Of a DNA stretch of 64,000 bases, positions 29,826-41,800 are shown one piece after another. The position numbers and the translations under genes are program-made. The stretch lies in NCBI GenBank assembly GCA_015233155.1, contig JADFYG010000002.1, positions 110,734 to 174,733 on the forward strand. The letters are read 5' to 3'. Source of the DNA: Candidatus Rifleibacteriota bacterium. GTDB taxonomy: Bacteria > Muiribacteriota > Ozemobacteria > Ozemobacterales > Ozemobacteraceae. The notes below the pieces were generated by a model, which searched no databases, was not told the DNA's origin, and was given only the letters and a program-made list of their open reading frames with translations. Position 1 is the stretch's first letter, and each line of letters opens with the position of its first letter.

Positions 29826-31457
29826 TTAATACCACTGTTTCAGGATACTTCCCGGGAAGTAGTGTGCAAGAATCCGGTCGTAGCTCCAACCGCGTTTAGC
29901 ACGACTCTGGGCCCCCGTCTGACACATTCCCACCCCGTGACCGAAGCCGGCTCCAGACAAGTCAGCACTTATGATGAACCCTGCCGCGTCACGATTCCAT
30001 GTCGCCACAAAGCAGGAACTGCGCAATCCACCCAACAGTTTTCGAATATTCAATTCTTTCATGATTGTTCGGGAGCCGCGCTCGCCAATAAATGTGAGTC
30101 GATATATTCGACCTGAATAACCGCGGGCAATATCTGTAATTTTCTGGATTCGTCCTACGCCGATCGCATTTTCTATATTTTTCCAGTCGATCGTTGAAAA
30201 TGTTTTCTTCCAGCGAAAATTGACTCCTCCCTCAACTGATGTGTCACCGCAGTAACAATCGGGAGGAGTATTGATGAAAACACCAACCTGCTGTTCCTCA
30301 GATAGATCCAGGTTTTGCGTGGTAACCGAATCCCAGTCCCCTTTCAGAATAGGGCTGGGAGGTGTAGACCAGACTATATCACACGCCTCACCATGCCCTC
30401 CGCAGTTACCCGAATATACCGCTCCCACAACTCCTCCGCTTGAACTAACCATGATAATTCCATGCGTTGGAGCAATTTTCTGAGCTATGATTGCTCCCTG
30501 GGAGGTTTCTCCTGCAAACACCTGACAATGTTGTTCAGAACAAATATCGAAGCCTTCGCCTGCATGAGAAGAACCTATTTTGCTCAGAATGTCTCCGCGA
30601 GCGGCAACTGCCTGGGCCTGCAAAGCACCTATTTCAGATTTTCCGGAGATTTCAGAAGGAACCACGCCAACAAGAATGTTTTCCAGCGAAGTTGTCAGAA
30701 CACAGTCGACAGCATCCTGGGCTCCCCATCGGTAAATCATCGGTCCCCGATAGGTGCGATCCTCGAATCCATGCCAGGAATAACCTGCGGCATATTCAAC
30801 TTTTTTCATAAGAACGGTTTGTGCTGGCGACAACAATAATTCATCGCCTTCCGCTTGAATCTGGCCATTTATCGTAAGAGTCAGGCGACCTTGAGAACGA
30901 CTGACGATTTCCACAAATATCCAGCTTGATTTCCCTTGGGAAGCGAGTTTATCAACCAGTGCCTGGGCGGACTGGTAATCTGAAAATACTCCCACATCCG
31001 CCTTCACATCTCGATTGTCTACAACTATCGTCTTGCCATCAGAAGCGACAAACTGCTCGCCTAAAATCATGGTATGAACTTGAAAACCCTGGGCTTCCCA
31101 TTCCGCAACGGTCTCATTTACCTTGCTCGTATCAGCTGCTCTCACTGAAGCGACCATTACATGGTAACGTTTCACTGCACGCTTTTCGAGAACACCTGAC
31201 AAATTACAATTCGCTTGCGCAGGCACTGAACCGGTTTTATCTCCCAATGCCCAGCTTCCCCCCTGTGCGCAAATGAAATCAATATTAGTGGCATATTGGG
31301 CGACTTTTATGGCAATCTGGCGCTCAGCGGCTGTAGCCGGCAAAGAGGCAACCAACAAAGCTCCAAAAATAGCATACAATGCTACTCCGAGGGTTCGGCG
31401 AAAGAGAGTATGAAATGGCAACATGCGCTGGCTCCTCAAAAAGCTCAGGATTCTCAT
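29826..31457 (-). CDS. SpoIID/LytB domain peptidoglycan hydrolase with SPOR-like segments
   Basis: GVVPSE..ALQAQAVAAR, FDICSEQHCQVF and GAGFGHGVGMCQ.GA...IL.HYFPG motifs; signal peptide. Confidence 0.9.
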   Translation of the reverse strand: MRILSFLRSQRMLPFHTLFRRTLGVALYAIFGALLVASLPATAAERQIAIKVAQYATNIDFICAQGGSWALGDKTGSVPAQANCNLSGVLEKRAVKRYHVMVASVRAADTSKVNETVAEWEAQGFQVHTMILGEQFVASDGKTIVVDNRDVKADVGVFSDYQSAQALVDKLASQGKSSWIFVEIVSRSQGRLTLTINGQIQAEGDELLLSPAQTVLMKKVEYAAGYSWHGFEDRTYRGPMIYRWGAQDAVDCVLTTSLENILVGVVPSEISGKSEIGALQAQAVAARGDILSKIGSSHAGEGFDICSEQHCQVFAGETSQGAIIAQKIAPTHGIIMVSSSGGVVGAVYSGNCGGHGEACDIVWSTPPSPILKGDWDSVTTQNLDLSEEQQVGVFINTPPDCYCGDTSVEGGVNFRWKKTFSTIDWKNIENAIGVGRIQKITDIARGYSGRIYRLTFIGERGSRTIMKELNIRKLLGGLRSSCFVATWNRDAAGFIISADLSGAGFGHGVGMCQTGAQSRAKRGWSYDRILAHYFPGSILKQWY

Positions 31458-31610
31458 ACGAAGTTACTACATATTATACCTCGCAGAAGATAGACTCCGG
31501 AGTAAATATTTATTGTTTGAAATATTAACCCTAAATTATTCATGATTCCCCCTTGGAGGTACCCCAATATTTGGAGTATAATATTACAAGCTAAAAATAA
31601 GGAGCTGGAA

Positions 31611-32615
31611 ATGGGAAAATGGTCGCGCTTTTTTTTCCTTATTCTTTCCGTGGGCTTGTTCATGGCGATTTCTCCCCTTGAGGCAACGGAAGACTCCTCA
31701 AGTTATCAGGTCGCAGTGAATCCGGATTTTCTACTCGAGGGGCAATCCTATGGTCAGTTTGAAACGCCAGTGTACAATCTCGATCAGGAGCTGGACAATC
31801 TGCTGATATCGGTAGACATGATCAAGGCTCCCAACTCTCTGGTTCGTTCTTATGCCCGATTTTTAAATCAAAAGACTGGCCGCTGGACTCGATATCAGGC
31901 CTTTGACGGTGAATTCCATTTTGCTGATATTACTCCCGTTTCCGCTTATCAATTGATGTTTGTGGTTCGCGATCCCGACAAAGGAAAAACAGAGATTAGG
32001 CGTTTTACGGTTCAAGGGACAAAACTGGGCGAAGCAATCATGGAAGCTCTTTCTCAAAAACCAGCTCAATTCAATGCAGCCAGGGTTTGGCCAAAACCAT
32101 CGATTGTTTCACGTGAAGGCTGGAAAGCACGACCTCCCAAGGCGGAATACACCCCTCACCAGCCGCAAAGGATCGTTATACATCACAGCTGGAGTCCCAC
32201 CCAGGCACAATACACTGGCGCCGCCACTATTCGCGGAATTCAAAATTATCATATGGATGACCCAAGCACCGGGTGGATGGATATCGGTTATCATTTCCTG
32301 ATCGGCCCCGAAGGTATCATATATCAGGGTCGCCCGGAAACGGTCGTCGGAGCTCACTGTCCACCAAATACGAATATGGTTGGTATTTGCATCATCGGAA
32401 ATTACGATCCGAATGCAGACAATGTCAACGCAAAGATCGAATCATCCCTTACGAATCTTCTTTCCTGGCTGTCTTCAACCTATCACATCGATCCTCGCGT
32501 TAATTATTTTGGTCATCGCAATTTTTCCACAAAAACATGCCCGGGCGATATCGTCTATAACCGGCTTCCACTCTATGAGGAGCAAGTTATTAAAAACATA
32601 GGAGAGCTGAAATAA
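31611..32615 (+). CDS. PGRP-like N-acetylmuramoyl-L-alanine amidase (Amidase_2)
   Basis: IVSREGWKAR, IVIHHS, IQNYHM..GW.DIGYHFLI, GAH and GHR...TCPG motifs; signal peptide. Confidence 0.9.
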   Translation: MGKWSRFFFLILSVGLFMAISPLEATEDSSSYQVAVNPDFLLEGQSYGQFETPVYNLDQELDNLLISVDMIKAPNSLVRSYARFLNQKTGRWTRYQAFDGEFHFADITPVSAYQLMFVVRDPDKGKTEIRRFTVQGTKLGEAIMEALSQKPAQFNAARVWPKPSIVSREGWKARPPKAEYTPHQPQRIVIHHSWSPTQAQYTGAATIRGIQNYHMDDPSTGWMDIGYHFLIGPEGIIYQGRPETVVGAHCPPNTNMVGICIIGNYDPNADNVNAKIESSLTNLLSWLSSTYHIDPRVNYFGHRNFSTKTCPGDIVYNRLPLYEEQVIKNIGELK

Positions 32616-32634
32616 GCTCTGGTTGATTATTCGA

Positions 32635-32675
32635 ATAAAAAAAACCAACACTTTTTCGGTGTTGGTTTTTTTTAT
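32635..32675. terminator. Bidirectional intrinsic terminator
   Basis: A8-CCAACAC-loop-GTGTTGG-T8 between convergent genes. Confidence 0.8.
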
Positions 32676-32689
32676 CGTTATTATCTATA

Positions 32690-33778
32690 TCAATCCCAGG
32701 ACACACCATCGATCCCATCGATTCCAAGTCCGGGAGCATCCGGGACGGTGAGCCAGGGACCATCAATTGAGATTCCACCACGCACGGGATCCTGACTGCA
32801 AAGCGATGGGCTATCGAGATCGCATTTTGTGATTATGCTTTTAGCACAAGCGAGATGAACTGCTGCGGTCACGCTCAATTTGCTCTCCATCATGCATCCC
32901 ATGAAACACTCCACACCATGGAGTTCTGCAACAGAACAGATCCTGAGTGCTGAACGCAATCCGCCGGTTTTCATGAGCTTGATGTTTACAAAGTCGGCAG
33001 CCTTCATTGCAATGATTTGCTCCGCATCGAGAGCCGAGAACACGCTTTCATCCGCAAGAACGGGCGTGGCAATCGATTCCTTAACCTGTTTCAAACCTTC
33101 TAAATCGTGCGCAATTACAGGCTGTTCCAGGAGTTCAATACCAAGATCAGCCTTCTCAAGAACTTTCATGATATTAACAGCTTCTCGCACCTTCCATCCC
33201 TGATTTGCATCTACTCTGATCAAAACGCTCGTTCCGACGGCTTCGCGTACGGCTCGAATCCGCTCTATGTCAAGCTCCGGTTCGAGTCCGACCTTTATTT
33301 TCAAAATCCTGAAACCGCGCTGCACTGCTTCCAGGCTGTCCTGGGCCATCTCCTTCGGACTGTTGACGCTGATAGTGAGATCCGTTTCCACTTTTCTTCT
33401 GAAGCCTCCGAAGAGTTTGAAAAGAGGTATTCCGTAAAGTTTGCCGAAGAGATCATGTACCGCCATATCCACGGCGGCTTTTGGACTTCCATTCTTCACG
33501 CAGGACGTGTCGAGGGCATTGAGAGTGTCTTCCAGATTGTCGATTCTTTTCCCCTTCAGTCGCGGCGCAATGTATTCATGGATTGCTCCGCGTATGCTGC
33601 CGAGAGAATCGCCTGTGATTGGCCCGGTGGGCGGTGCTTCACCGAAACCGACGACTCCGGTATCCGTGTCAACCGCCACAACAATTGTAAGAAGACGCTC
33701 GACCGTACGAAGTGCGGTCTTAAAAGGCTTTCTCAATGGAACTGAAAGAGTTCCTGTTCTTATGTTTGTTATAATCAA
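32690..33778 (-). CDS. L-Ala-D/L-Glu dipeptide epimerase (YkfB/YcjG family)
   Basis: PF.TALR, KIKVG, RVDANQGW, EQP, DES, NIKLMK.GG, GCM.ES and DLD motifs; GGAGG RBS before the TTG at 33778. Confidence 0.9.
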   Translation of the reverse strand: MIITNIRTGTLSVPLRKPFKTALRTVERLLTIVVAVDTDTGVVGFGEAPPTGPITGDSLGSIRGAIHEYIAPRLKGKRIDNLEDTLNALDTSCVKNGSPKAAVDMAVHDLFGKLYGIPLFKLFGGFRRKVETDLTISVNSPKEMAQDSLEAVQRGFRILKIKVGLEPELDIERIRAVREAVGTSVLIRVDANQGWKVREAVNIMKVLEKADLGIELLEQPVIAHDLEGLKQVKESIATPVLADESVFSALDAEQIIAMKAADFVNIKLMKTGGLRSALRICSVAELHGVECFMGCMMESKLSVTAAVHLACAKSIITKCDLDSPSLCSQDPVRGGISIDGPWLTVPDAPGLGIDGIDGVSWD

Positions 33779-33926
33779 GGTGTTCCTCCAGATACAAGGC
33801 CGTATTTGCAATCAGCGGCAGATTTTATACCAATCACAAAATGTCTGTGCACACTCTACGGGCAACCCACCGGGCGCCCCTACGACATCATTACCAACGT
33901 ATTTAGGTATAACAACGCGCGCCCAA

Positions 33927-35411
33927 TTATTCCAGCCTGAATTCACGCGCGGCATACAGACCTTCCATGTATGTTTTATTAGTTGAAAGGAATGTGGCAA
34001 CAAGGGGTGTCACAAGAACGCCTCTCGTTTTCGAACGTATTAGTTTTCCGCTCTCGTCCGGAGCGCTGAAGCCGGCAAAGTCATGGATTATGAAGTAATC
34101 TTTTTCATATTTCCAGAGATAGAGCATGGCATGTCCGCTCATATAGACGGGAGTCGCCGGGGGCAGACGATCGAACAGTTTTTTTCTTGCATCAAGATCC
34201 ATGTTTTCAGGTATCTCATAAGTTACGCCGAGTGCCTGCTTTCCCTGTTCTCCGGCATTTCGTGGAAGCATCACTCCCATGCTTCTGAAATTGTCCATTA
34301 TGAATGCACTGCAGTCTCGCGTGTTAAACATTCCGCCCCAACCATAACGTTGGCCAAGGAACTTGAATGCCTGGATAATTATGTTGCGCTTAGTGAGCGG
34401 AAGGAATCCGACGCGAACGTCATCCGCACGCGATATGAGACCAAGTCTCCACTCCAGTTGCCCATCTTTGCCACGTGCGGGAAGTTTGACCACATAATTT
34501 CCCGCGGGATGTTGCCCGCAAATCTCCGCAGGTATCTCATCTCGGGATGCAAGAGGGATTCTCACTCCCATATCGAGTTGAAGTTCAGAAATTTCAGGCT
34601 GGAATGGGTTGAATCCTGTGAAAACTCCCTTGCCGGTAACAACGAGAAAATCCTTCGTATCCAGATATGAAAAAAGCGTCTTACGGTCGGTCAAGGCGAC
34701 ATCACTTGCCGGAACCCAGGCACGATAATTGAATGCCTGAACAAAAAACCATTTTTTATCAGCACTTTCGTGGAGTATGGCAAGAGGTTCGACAGGGTAA
34801 AGAGCCGTTTCGACGAAACGGTCGAACTCATAGTCATCCGGCTCGGAAAAAACTCTATCGGAGCTGGGAAATGCCCTCATTTCCGTTCGTTTGACTGTGA
34901 TACCGAAACGAATGACAACGCTTTCCGGAATGGAATCCAGATTAAGAGCACGATTCAATGAATCGTAGTAACTGTCGGGGACTACTTTTCCAGTGAGATA
35001 TCTTGTTTTTGTCGGCCGGGCACTGACGCTTGCGATCATATCTCTAACTTCTTTTCCAGGCAAAACTCTACGGAATATTCGCAAGTCTTTCAGCATTTCA
35101 CACTCACGCAAACTCCTGTGGTTATATCGTTCGATTTCAATTGGCGACATTACTATTCTGTCTGGATCAGGAATACGGCTCACCCAGAAAGAGCTTTCAA
35201 GCATCTCCTGCGTCACTCCGGGAATATTCAGATCAAACTGTACGAATGTAGTCGAATGACCTTTTAAATTTTTTCTGCAAACGACATCGTCAGAGGCTCC
35301 AGCAATGACCACGCCTGAAGATAAACAGGCAAGGAGGAGAAAAAACGCCTGTCTCCAAACGCATGATCGCAGAATATGTATTTCTATTTGAGATTTTATA
35401 AACAATTTCAT
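33927..35411 (-). CDS. SH3 + NlpC/P60 gamma-D-glutamyl endopeptidase (YkfC/DVU_0896-like)
   Basis: FLGQRYGWGG...RDCSAF, LPRNA..Q, GHAMLY and IIH motifs; start uncertain. Confidence 0.85.
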   Translation of the reverse strand: MKLFIKSQIEIHILRSCVWRQAFFLLLACLSSGVVIAGASDDVVCRKNLKGHSTTFVQFDLNIPGVTQEMLESSFWVSRIPDPDRIVMSPIEIERYNHRSLRECEMLKDLRIFRRVLPGKEVRDMIASVSARPTKTRYLTGKVVPDSYYDSLNRALNLDSIPESVVIRFGITVKRTEMRAFPSSDRVFSEPDDYEFDRFVETALYPVEPLAILHESADKKWFFVQAFNYRAWVPASDVALTDRKTLFSYLDTKDFLVVTGKGVFTGFNPFQPEISELQLDMGVRIPLASRDEIPAEICGQHPAGNYVVKLPARGKDGQLEWRLGLISRADDVRVGFLPLTKRNIIIQAFKFLGQRYGWGGMFNTRDCSAFIMDNFRSMGVMLPRNAGEQGKQALGVTYEIPENMDLDARKKLFDRLPPATPVYMSGHAMLYLWKYEKDYFIIHDFAGFSAPDESGKLIRSKTRGVLVTPLVATFLSTNKTYMEGLYAAREFRLE

Positions 35412-35730
35412 GTTATGCAATCGTACAGAGATTATCATATGTAAATAACTCCCTGAATCTAACTGTAGTCGGTCCAATAAATCAGCAAAATAGTGTTCAT
35501 GCCTGTGTCAATATATCTTCACAGGGAATATTGCTTTAACGAAGTCTACCAGAGAAGGAAGAACGTTACAAGAAATGATGTGGAATACAGGCATCAAAAG
35601 TAATTTTTCGCAGCAAAGTCAGATCACTTTAGATAATGGTCAGACTGATATAATTGACTTGAAAAATTATGCTGCTAAAATTCCATATAATTTATCAGTA
35701 AAGACAGCCAAAAGGATGAGAAAAATAACT

Positions 35731-37053
35731 ATGCGCTCACTATGCCTCCGTCAGATTTGTGGAGTGGTAATACTGATTGTATTTCTGCCGTTTTTGGCCT
35801 CGGGCTCCGATGTGCTCCAAATGAGTGCAAAAGCCGTAAAGAGCCCGGTAGCAGGCATTGCCAGAATCACCAGTAAACAAATTTTGCCGGAACCGTCCTT
35901 CCCTGAACCTTCCGCAGGAAAGCCAGTGATCGACCCGACATTTGGAACTAGTTTGCAAAGGCTTACAGACGCTGGTCTGCTCAAGCAACCCGGGGTTGTC
36001 CCTGACTACTCGAAACGACAGGCCTTCAGTCCAGACGGCAAATATCTGTTATTGCGAAACACCGAGAGCCAGGCCCTGTTGTTTTCAGCCAAAGATTACA
36101 GCTTCATCAAACCGCTTGAGGGAGTTGCCGGCGAGGATCTGTTCTGGGATCCAAGACATCCGGGCACATTATTGTTTGCCATAGAAAATGTACTGTCTAG
36201 TTGCGATGTGGTTTCAGGCAAGATTAAAGAAATTCACCGTTTCGACGGGTATGCATTTGCCGATACACGCGGCGAAGGCAATCTTTCACTGGATGGCCGC
36301 TACTACGCCATTGCCTGTCGTACATATGATGCAAAATCCGGTGATGTTGGTTACAAGAATTTGCTGGTTTTCGATCTTCAGGAAATGCGTGAAATTGCAC
36401 GTCTGGCCTTTCCGCCGAAAATAGAAAACTTTGACTGGGTCTCGATATCTCCGCGCGGCAACTATGTCGTAGTTGATTACGCCGACACTGAAAAAGGACG
36501 TTTTCACGGAGTGGAAGTCTACGATCGCAATCTGAAAAATATATGGCAAAAACCACTTGGAGCCGGCCATAGCGACATTGGTCTTGATATTAATGGTGAC
36601 GAGGTATTGGTTATGGATATATATGACGAGCAACGCAATCAGACTCTGATCAAAAAGTTCCGACTATCTGACGGAAAAGAGACGGAGTTATTTGCCGTAT
36701 CTCCTTTATTCGATCTGCATATTTCGTGTCGAAATACCGCCAGGCCTGGCTGGTGTTATATAAGTACGTTCGATTATGTCCAACGCTTAACACATAACGC
36801 AAATGATTTTCTGCCATTCGAGGATGAGATTTTCGCGCTTTCTCTGGATGGCAACGCGACAACAGAGCGTCTGGCACATCACCATAGTCGTCGTTTTGCA
36901 CCAAATGCACCGGATGCCGATCATAGCTGTTATTTTGCTGAACCACACGCATCGGTAAGTCCTGAAGGCGATCGCATAATATTTGGCAGCAACTGGAATC
37001 ACGAAGTCAATAACGCCTCAGCCCTGGACACATTCCTGATTGATCTCCGTTAG
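35731..37053 (+). CDS. Secreted beta-propeller-like protein
   Basis: Signal peptide; DPTFGT..RLTD, YSKRQAFSPDG, SPRG and EPHASVSPEGDRIIFGSNW segments; start uncertain. Confidence 0.65.
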   Translation: MRSLCLRQICGVVILIVFLPFLASGSDVLQMSAKAVKSPVAGIARITSKQILPEPSFPEPSAGKPVIDPTFGTSLQRLTDAGLLKQPGVVPDYSKRQAFSPDGKYLLLRNTESQALLFSAKDYSFIKPLEGVAGEDLFWDPRHPGTLLFAIENVLSSCDVVSGKIKEIHRFDGYAFADTRGEGNLSLDGRYYAIACRTYDAKSGDVGYKNLLVFDLQEMREIARLAFPPKIENFDWVSISPRGNYVVVDYADTEKGRFHGVEVYDRNLKNIWQKPLGAGHSDIGLDINGDEVLVMDIYDEQRNQTLIKKFRLSDGKETELFAVSPLFDLHISCRNTARPGWCYISTFDYVQRLTHNANDFLPFEDEIFALSLDGNATTERLAHHHSRRFAPNAPDADHSCYFAEPHASVSPEGDRIIFGSNWNHEVNNASALDTFLIDLR

Positions 37054-37126
37054 CGCGCTTTCACAGTAGTTTCGATACTTCGATACTATCCGGCCATGAT
37101 TAACAAAGGATGCTAACCGGTTAGCT

Positions 37127-37192
37127 GAGATTTTTTCCCTTCGGTCGAAATGACAGTATTGTTTGTCATTCCGAACGAATGTGAGGAATCTC
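37127..37192. repeat. REP-like palindromic pair
   Basis: GAGATTTTTTCCCTTCGGTCGAAATGACA and TGTCATTCCGAACGAATGTGAGGAATCTC, the same half-units as 23956-24020, between convergent genes. Confidence 0.7.
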
Positions 37193-37262
37193 GCTTGGCG
37201 TAAAGTCGTGAATATTTCGTCTTCTTTGGTAGTCATGTATCCGACTTAAATTTCGTCAGAGT

Positions 37263-38588
37263 TCATTCCTGATCAAAACCGTTCTCTGTACCCAATGCGA
37301 CGCGGGCCTCGGCAACAAGTTTGTCCACTTCCTCCTGAACTTTTTCGGAATCCAGACGAAATTTAGGAACATCAAGATATTGTGCAAAAATGCTGTCGCG
37401 AAGCAATTCCTTGGCTTCGAGGGTAGCCGGATATCCGTCTTCCAGAGCAGCAACATTGGATACAGCTTTCTCGACGCAGTTGAGAACCATCTGGTCCTCC
37501 AGATGTGACTTCAATAGTCGAACCTGCCCCAGGCTCTCGAACAGGCCTTGAGCTTGCGGAAATTTGCTTATGAGGCCATCGTCTTCCAGAGGAAACGGCG
37601 GCAAGCGCTGTAGCCAATAAGATCTTCCCTTGAAAGGAAGGTCGAGAGGCACATTTTCAAAGTTTGCAGCCAATGGTTCCGCGACGGGACCAAAGTGTGT
37701 CAGGTGAAATTTCTCCAGAACAGAGGATCCATACGATGTAGAGACCTTTGTTTCCTTGGTATTCGGGGCCTCAATGAATTCCTGTAACAAGTCGTGAATT
37801 TCACCTATTGTCATCAACCATCGAAAGCGAATGAGCAAAGCCTCCGCTTCCCGAATTTTGCTGGCTATTGCAAATACCTTATCCTCAGGAGTCGAATCCA
37901 TGGAAAGAATCGCATAAACGTTATTGCGCCATATTATGGAGGCTGTTTCGAGAGAAACAATCGCATATTTTCGAATGCGCTCCGTAAGAACCTTTACAGC
38001 CGCTAAAAAGCTGTCAGAAGATCTTTTCAGATCCGGACTACTTTTTGTCCAGTCGCGTTCAAAAATAGATCCCGTTATCGATCTCAGGCTTTCCAGCAAT
38101 TCTTCCAACTGGTTTTCCAGCTTGAAATGTACAGAATATGGCGCCAAACCAATTTTCATTTGCAGCCGCTTCGACAAATATGCGGTAAAAACAGCCCGCA
38201 GAAAGACTACGCTATCATATCCCACATAAACCAACCCGGCCCAAAACAACATAAAACTGATCGGAAAAGCAAAATGCAGGAAAAGAAAGAGACCTCCGAA
38301 TATGACCGACAGAAAGGAAAAACCAAGATATGGATTCTGAAATACTGTGTTCAGGTGTTGCCATAGTTCGTTGCGAATATTTTCTACAAGGCTGTTTTTC
38401 GGATCAACTGACTCGCACATCCCACTAAACTGTTGCGGAACAAGGGGGTTGGCAAGCAAAAATTCCTGCTCAAGAGCGTTAAGATCTTCTTTTTTCGGCC
38501 GCATCAACCCACACAAGGGACAGACCTGGGCATTATGTAGCAATGACGCCCGACATCGCCGACAACACGATTTCAGTAAGTACTTCAT
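37263..38588 (-). CDS. Hypothetical membrane protein with an N-terminal zinc ribbon
   Basis: CRRC...CPLCG followed by two TM helices and a helical domain. Confidence 0.65.
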   Translation of the reverse strand: MKYLLKSCCRRCRASLLHNAQVCPLCGLMRPKKEDLNALEQEFLLANPLVPQQFSGMCESVDPKNSLVENIRNELWQHLNTVFQNPYLGFSFLSVIFGGLFLFLHFAFPISFMLFWAGLVYVGYDSVVFLRAVFTAYLSKRLQMKIGLAPYSVHFKLENQLEELLESLRSITGSIFERDWTKSSPDLKRSSDSFLAAVKVLTERIRKYAIVSLETASIIWRNNVYAILSMDSTPEDKVFAIASKIREAEALLIRFRWLMTIGEIHDLLQEFIEAPNTKETKVSTSYGSSVLEKFHLTHFGPVAEPLAANFENVPLDLPFKGRSYWLQRLPPFPLEDDGLISKFPQAQGLFESLGQVRLLKSHLEDQMVLNCVEKAVSNVAALEDGYPATLEAKELLRDSIFAQYLDVPKFRLDSEKVQEEVDKLVAEARVALGTENGFDQE

Positions 38589-38860
38589 TTCTGTTCTGAC
38601 TTTCCTGTAAATTCAGTATTTCCCGGGCGGGTTACTCAGAAAACGCTCTGCACCATGATATTCTCATATGATTTTTAAAAGCAAGCATGATAGAATTTCA
38701 TTCTCGAAAAAAACAGGATAAAACCAGACACTGTCAATTTAGTGACGTGAAAGAAACAATCCAAAATTTCCAATTCTCAGAACGAGATTAATAAAGTATA
38801 CTGCGCGAGATTTCAACCTTTAACCATCTGGAACAGATGGGACTCTAGAAAATAATCGGG

Positions 38861-41800
38861 ATGAATGCTATGTCTGTGGCAATCGTTGGCAAAAGTTCGC
38901 TGTTTTCCGCATCATTGCAACGAAAGACCTTTTGGTTAAACCTTCTTGGCATCAAAGGGCTGATATCAGGGTTAGCCACGGGACAATGGCCTTTCAGCGA
39001 TTTTATTTCCGAAAAAGATCTGAACAAGCTTAAAGAGTTTGTCATGAACAGCGGTATCATTTCTTCCGGCGGACTTCCCAAAGATGGTTTTGAGATTCCT
39101 TCAGAGATCCTGAAGATGTCAGATGTTATTCCAATTCTTGCATTATTTCAGGCAAAGCAGGCGCTCGAAGATACAAAGAGTTTTTCTACCCGAAAATTTT
39201 CCCCTGAGAAAGCCGGGGTCATTTTTGGAACACTTCATGATACAGCTTTGATTAAAGAATATTGTATTGATCATCAGCACTCAATTTGGACAAATGCTCT
39301 TCGCAAGATCAATTGCAGTGAAGAACAAATCAAAAGCGTCTGTGAGCCCGTTATGCAGATGTTGTCTGATCAGGGAAATGATCTCTCAGAAGAAAGTATC
39401 GTAAAAAAAATCGAGAAAAAATTTGCCAATCAGTTTGGTTTCACAATTTGCCTTGCCAGGGAAAATGCACCCATCCCCGGAGTTACTGGATTGGTTTGGC
39501 TTGCTATCCGAGAACTTCGAGCAAATAAAGCAGACCTGATGATTGTTGGCGGAATCGATTGTGTTAATTCTGTTTTTTCATATCTGGATGGACTTACAAA
39601 TTCTACATCCACACAGGACAAACGCTATCGGGAAGGCCTTGGAATGATCGCTCTGCGAAGGCTGGAAGATGCTCAAAGAGATGGCGATAATATTTACGCT
39701 GTAATGTCCGCTACTGACGCATCTTTCATAACCATTTCTGAAAAACCTTCCGTGCAATGTATTAATCCGCAACCTTCTACTCCAGTAGTCGAATCAACAA
39801 AAACTGAATCTTTTCCTCGCGAATCAGGAAGCGTCGCCTCTGTAGTTGTTCAAGAGCAAACCTTTACTTTCACCGATTGCCTGATCAATGGCGAAAATGG
39901 AACCCGGGAAATCCCATGGACCATGAATCTTTCTGACAATCCATGGATTCTAGATCACAAACCTAATTATGTAATTCCAGCTCTTCCACTTATGTGCACT
40001 CTTGACTGGATGGTTCGATTTCTGGAGAAAGAAACCGGAAACAAAGTTATAGGTGTTAACAAAATGGAAGCATTGCGATGGGTCGGCTTTGATCAGCCGT
40101 CGATTCATGGCAGCATTTTGTATCGACAAACCGAATCAGGATCATGGCGAGTGGACTTGAAAACCGATCGTAATGGGGAGATGATCCGCGCCGTAGCTGC
40201 AGAATTGCAAATAGGTGCTGCTTTCCCTATCAATGAAAACAAGGAACTCTCGACACTTTTCTCCGCCGAAGATCAACCTCTTCCCTATCAAACTCATGAG
40301 GTTTCCCATGGACCATGCTTTCATTTGATGGAGCAGTGGAAATTGGGAAGAAATGGCGCTTCATGCGATATTCGAAATACAAGCCAGGGTGTTCCGTTGT
40401 ATTCGATCAATCCGGGAATGCTGGATGCATCTCTCCACGGCATTCCATGGACGCGTTTGAATCGCTGGTTTCGCGATCTTCCTGACGGACAGACAGGTTT
40501 TCCAATATCTCTTGAAAATGTGCGTTTTTTTGATCGAATTCCAACCGAAGGAATGACTCACGTCGAAACCAGACTTCTTTTTTCAAAGGGAGTTCCCAGG
40601 GTCCAGCTTTGGCTTTTTCATAATGGCGCTTGTTTCGCCACATTCAGAGTCGCCATTTTTTCCTTGCCTCTTGGCAGGTTTGGCCCCCTTTCACCGCTCA
40701 AACGTCGAGCGTTTTTTAGAGATAACAGATATGTAACTGGGGCATCCATTTCAGAAACTGGCTCAGATCAAACTCATACTGATAAAAATACACTGCGAAA
40801 TATAGACTGGCTACCGAACACTCTTTCCCGACTTTATCGAGTTTCCGGAACATCTTCAGACTGCTACAGACAGATTATCCGGGCAGAACATATTGCCCAG
40901 TTTGCACGACTTCATCCTGCTGATATCGTCTGCGATTCTACCGGTAATTCCTGCAGAAATTTGCCCTTTAACCCCATCTCCGTTTCCGTTGAAGAAAGTG
41001 GAGAGCAACTGATCGCTCGCGGCACTCCAGCTTCATCACTTGATTGGAAAAAAATTCGGTCATCCTGGGTGCAAACAATAGGACCGCGACGGTTCTTCCA
41101 TGATTTGCTGGGCGCACTTTTAGGGACTTTTGTAAATCGGGTTGTTTTGCAAAAGCCTGAGGAATTCAATTCTGTAGCTTCTCGGCCGGTAATGTATCTT
41201 GCAAATCATCAAATTGGTCTCGAATCTCCTTTATTCATGGCTCTCTCGTATGCTATGACCGCAAATACCGTTCAAGCCATTGCAAAACCTGATCATGTAA
41301 ACGCCTGGTTAGGCTTTCTTCTGGCCTTTGCCAAAGATTCGATCGGAGACAATCATCCATTCCAGTTGCTGTATTTCGATCGCTTCAAACCTCAGGGATT
41401 GCTGGAATCCCTGAAAAAAGAGGGAAGCCAGAAAGCGTCTCTTTTAGTTCATGTTGAGGGAACCAGAGCTACTGAAGCCGGACAACCCGTAACAAAATTG
41501 AGTTCCGTGTTCCTGGACATGGCTATTGCAAAAAACATTCCTGTGATTCCGGTTCGATTTGTCGGGGGTTTGCCACCTGACAAAACCTCTGAGAGACTTG
41601 ATTTTCCTTTTGGCAACGGCAAACAGGATTATTTTATCGGGGGGCCAATTCTTCCCGAAACGTTAAAAAAAATGCCCTACGGTCATCGTCCCAAATATGT
41701 CATGGATCAGATTAATTCAATGGGACCACTGAACGACGAGGATGTACTTCTTCCACCTGATAAAAAATTTGAAGATAAGACAAAGTTTTTCATGGAAACC

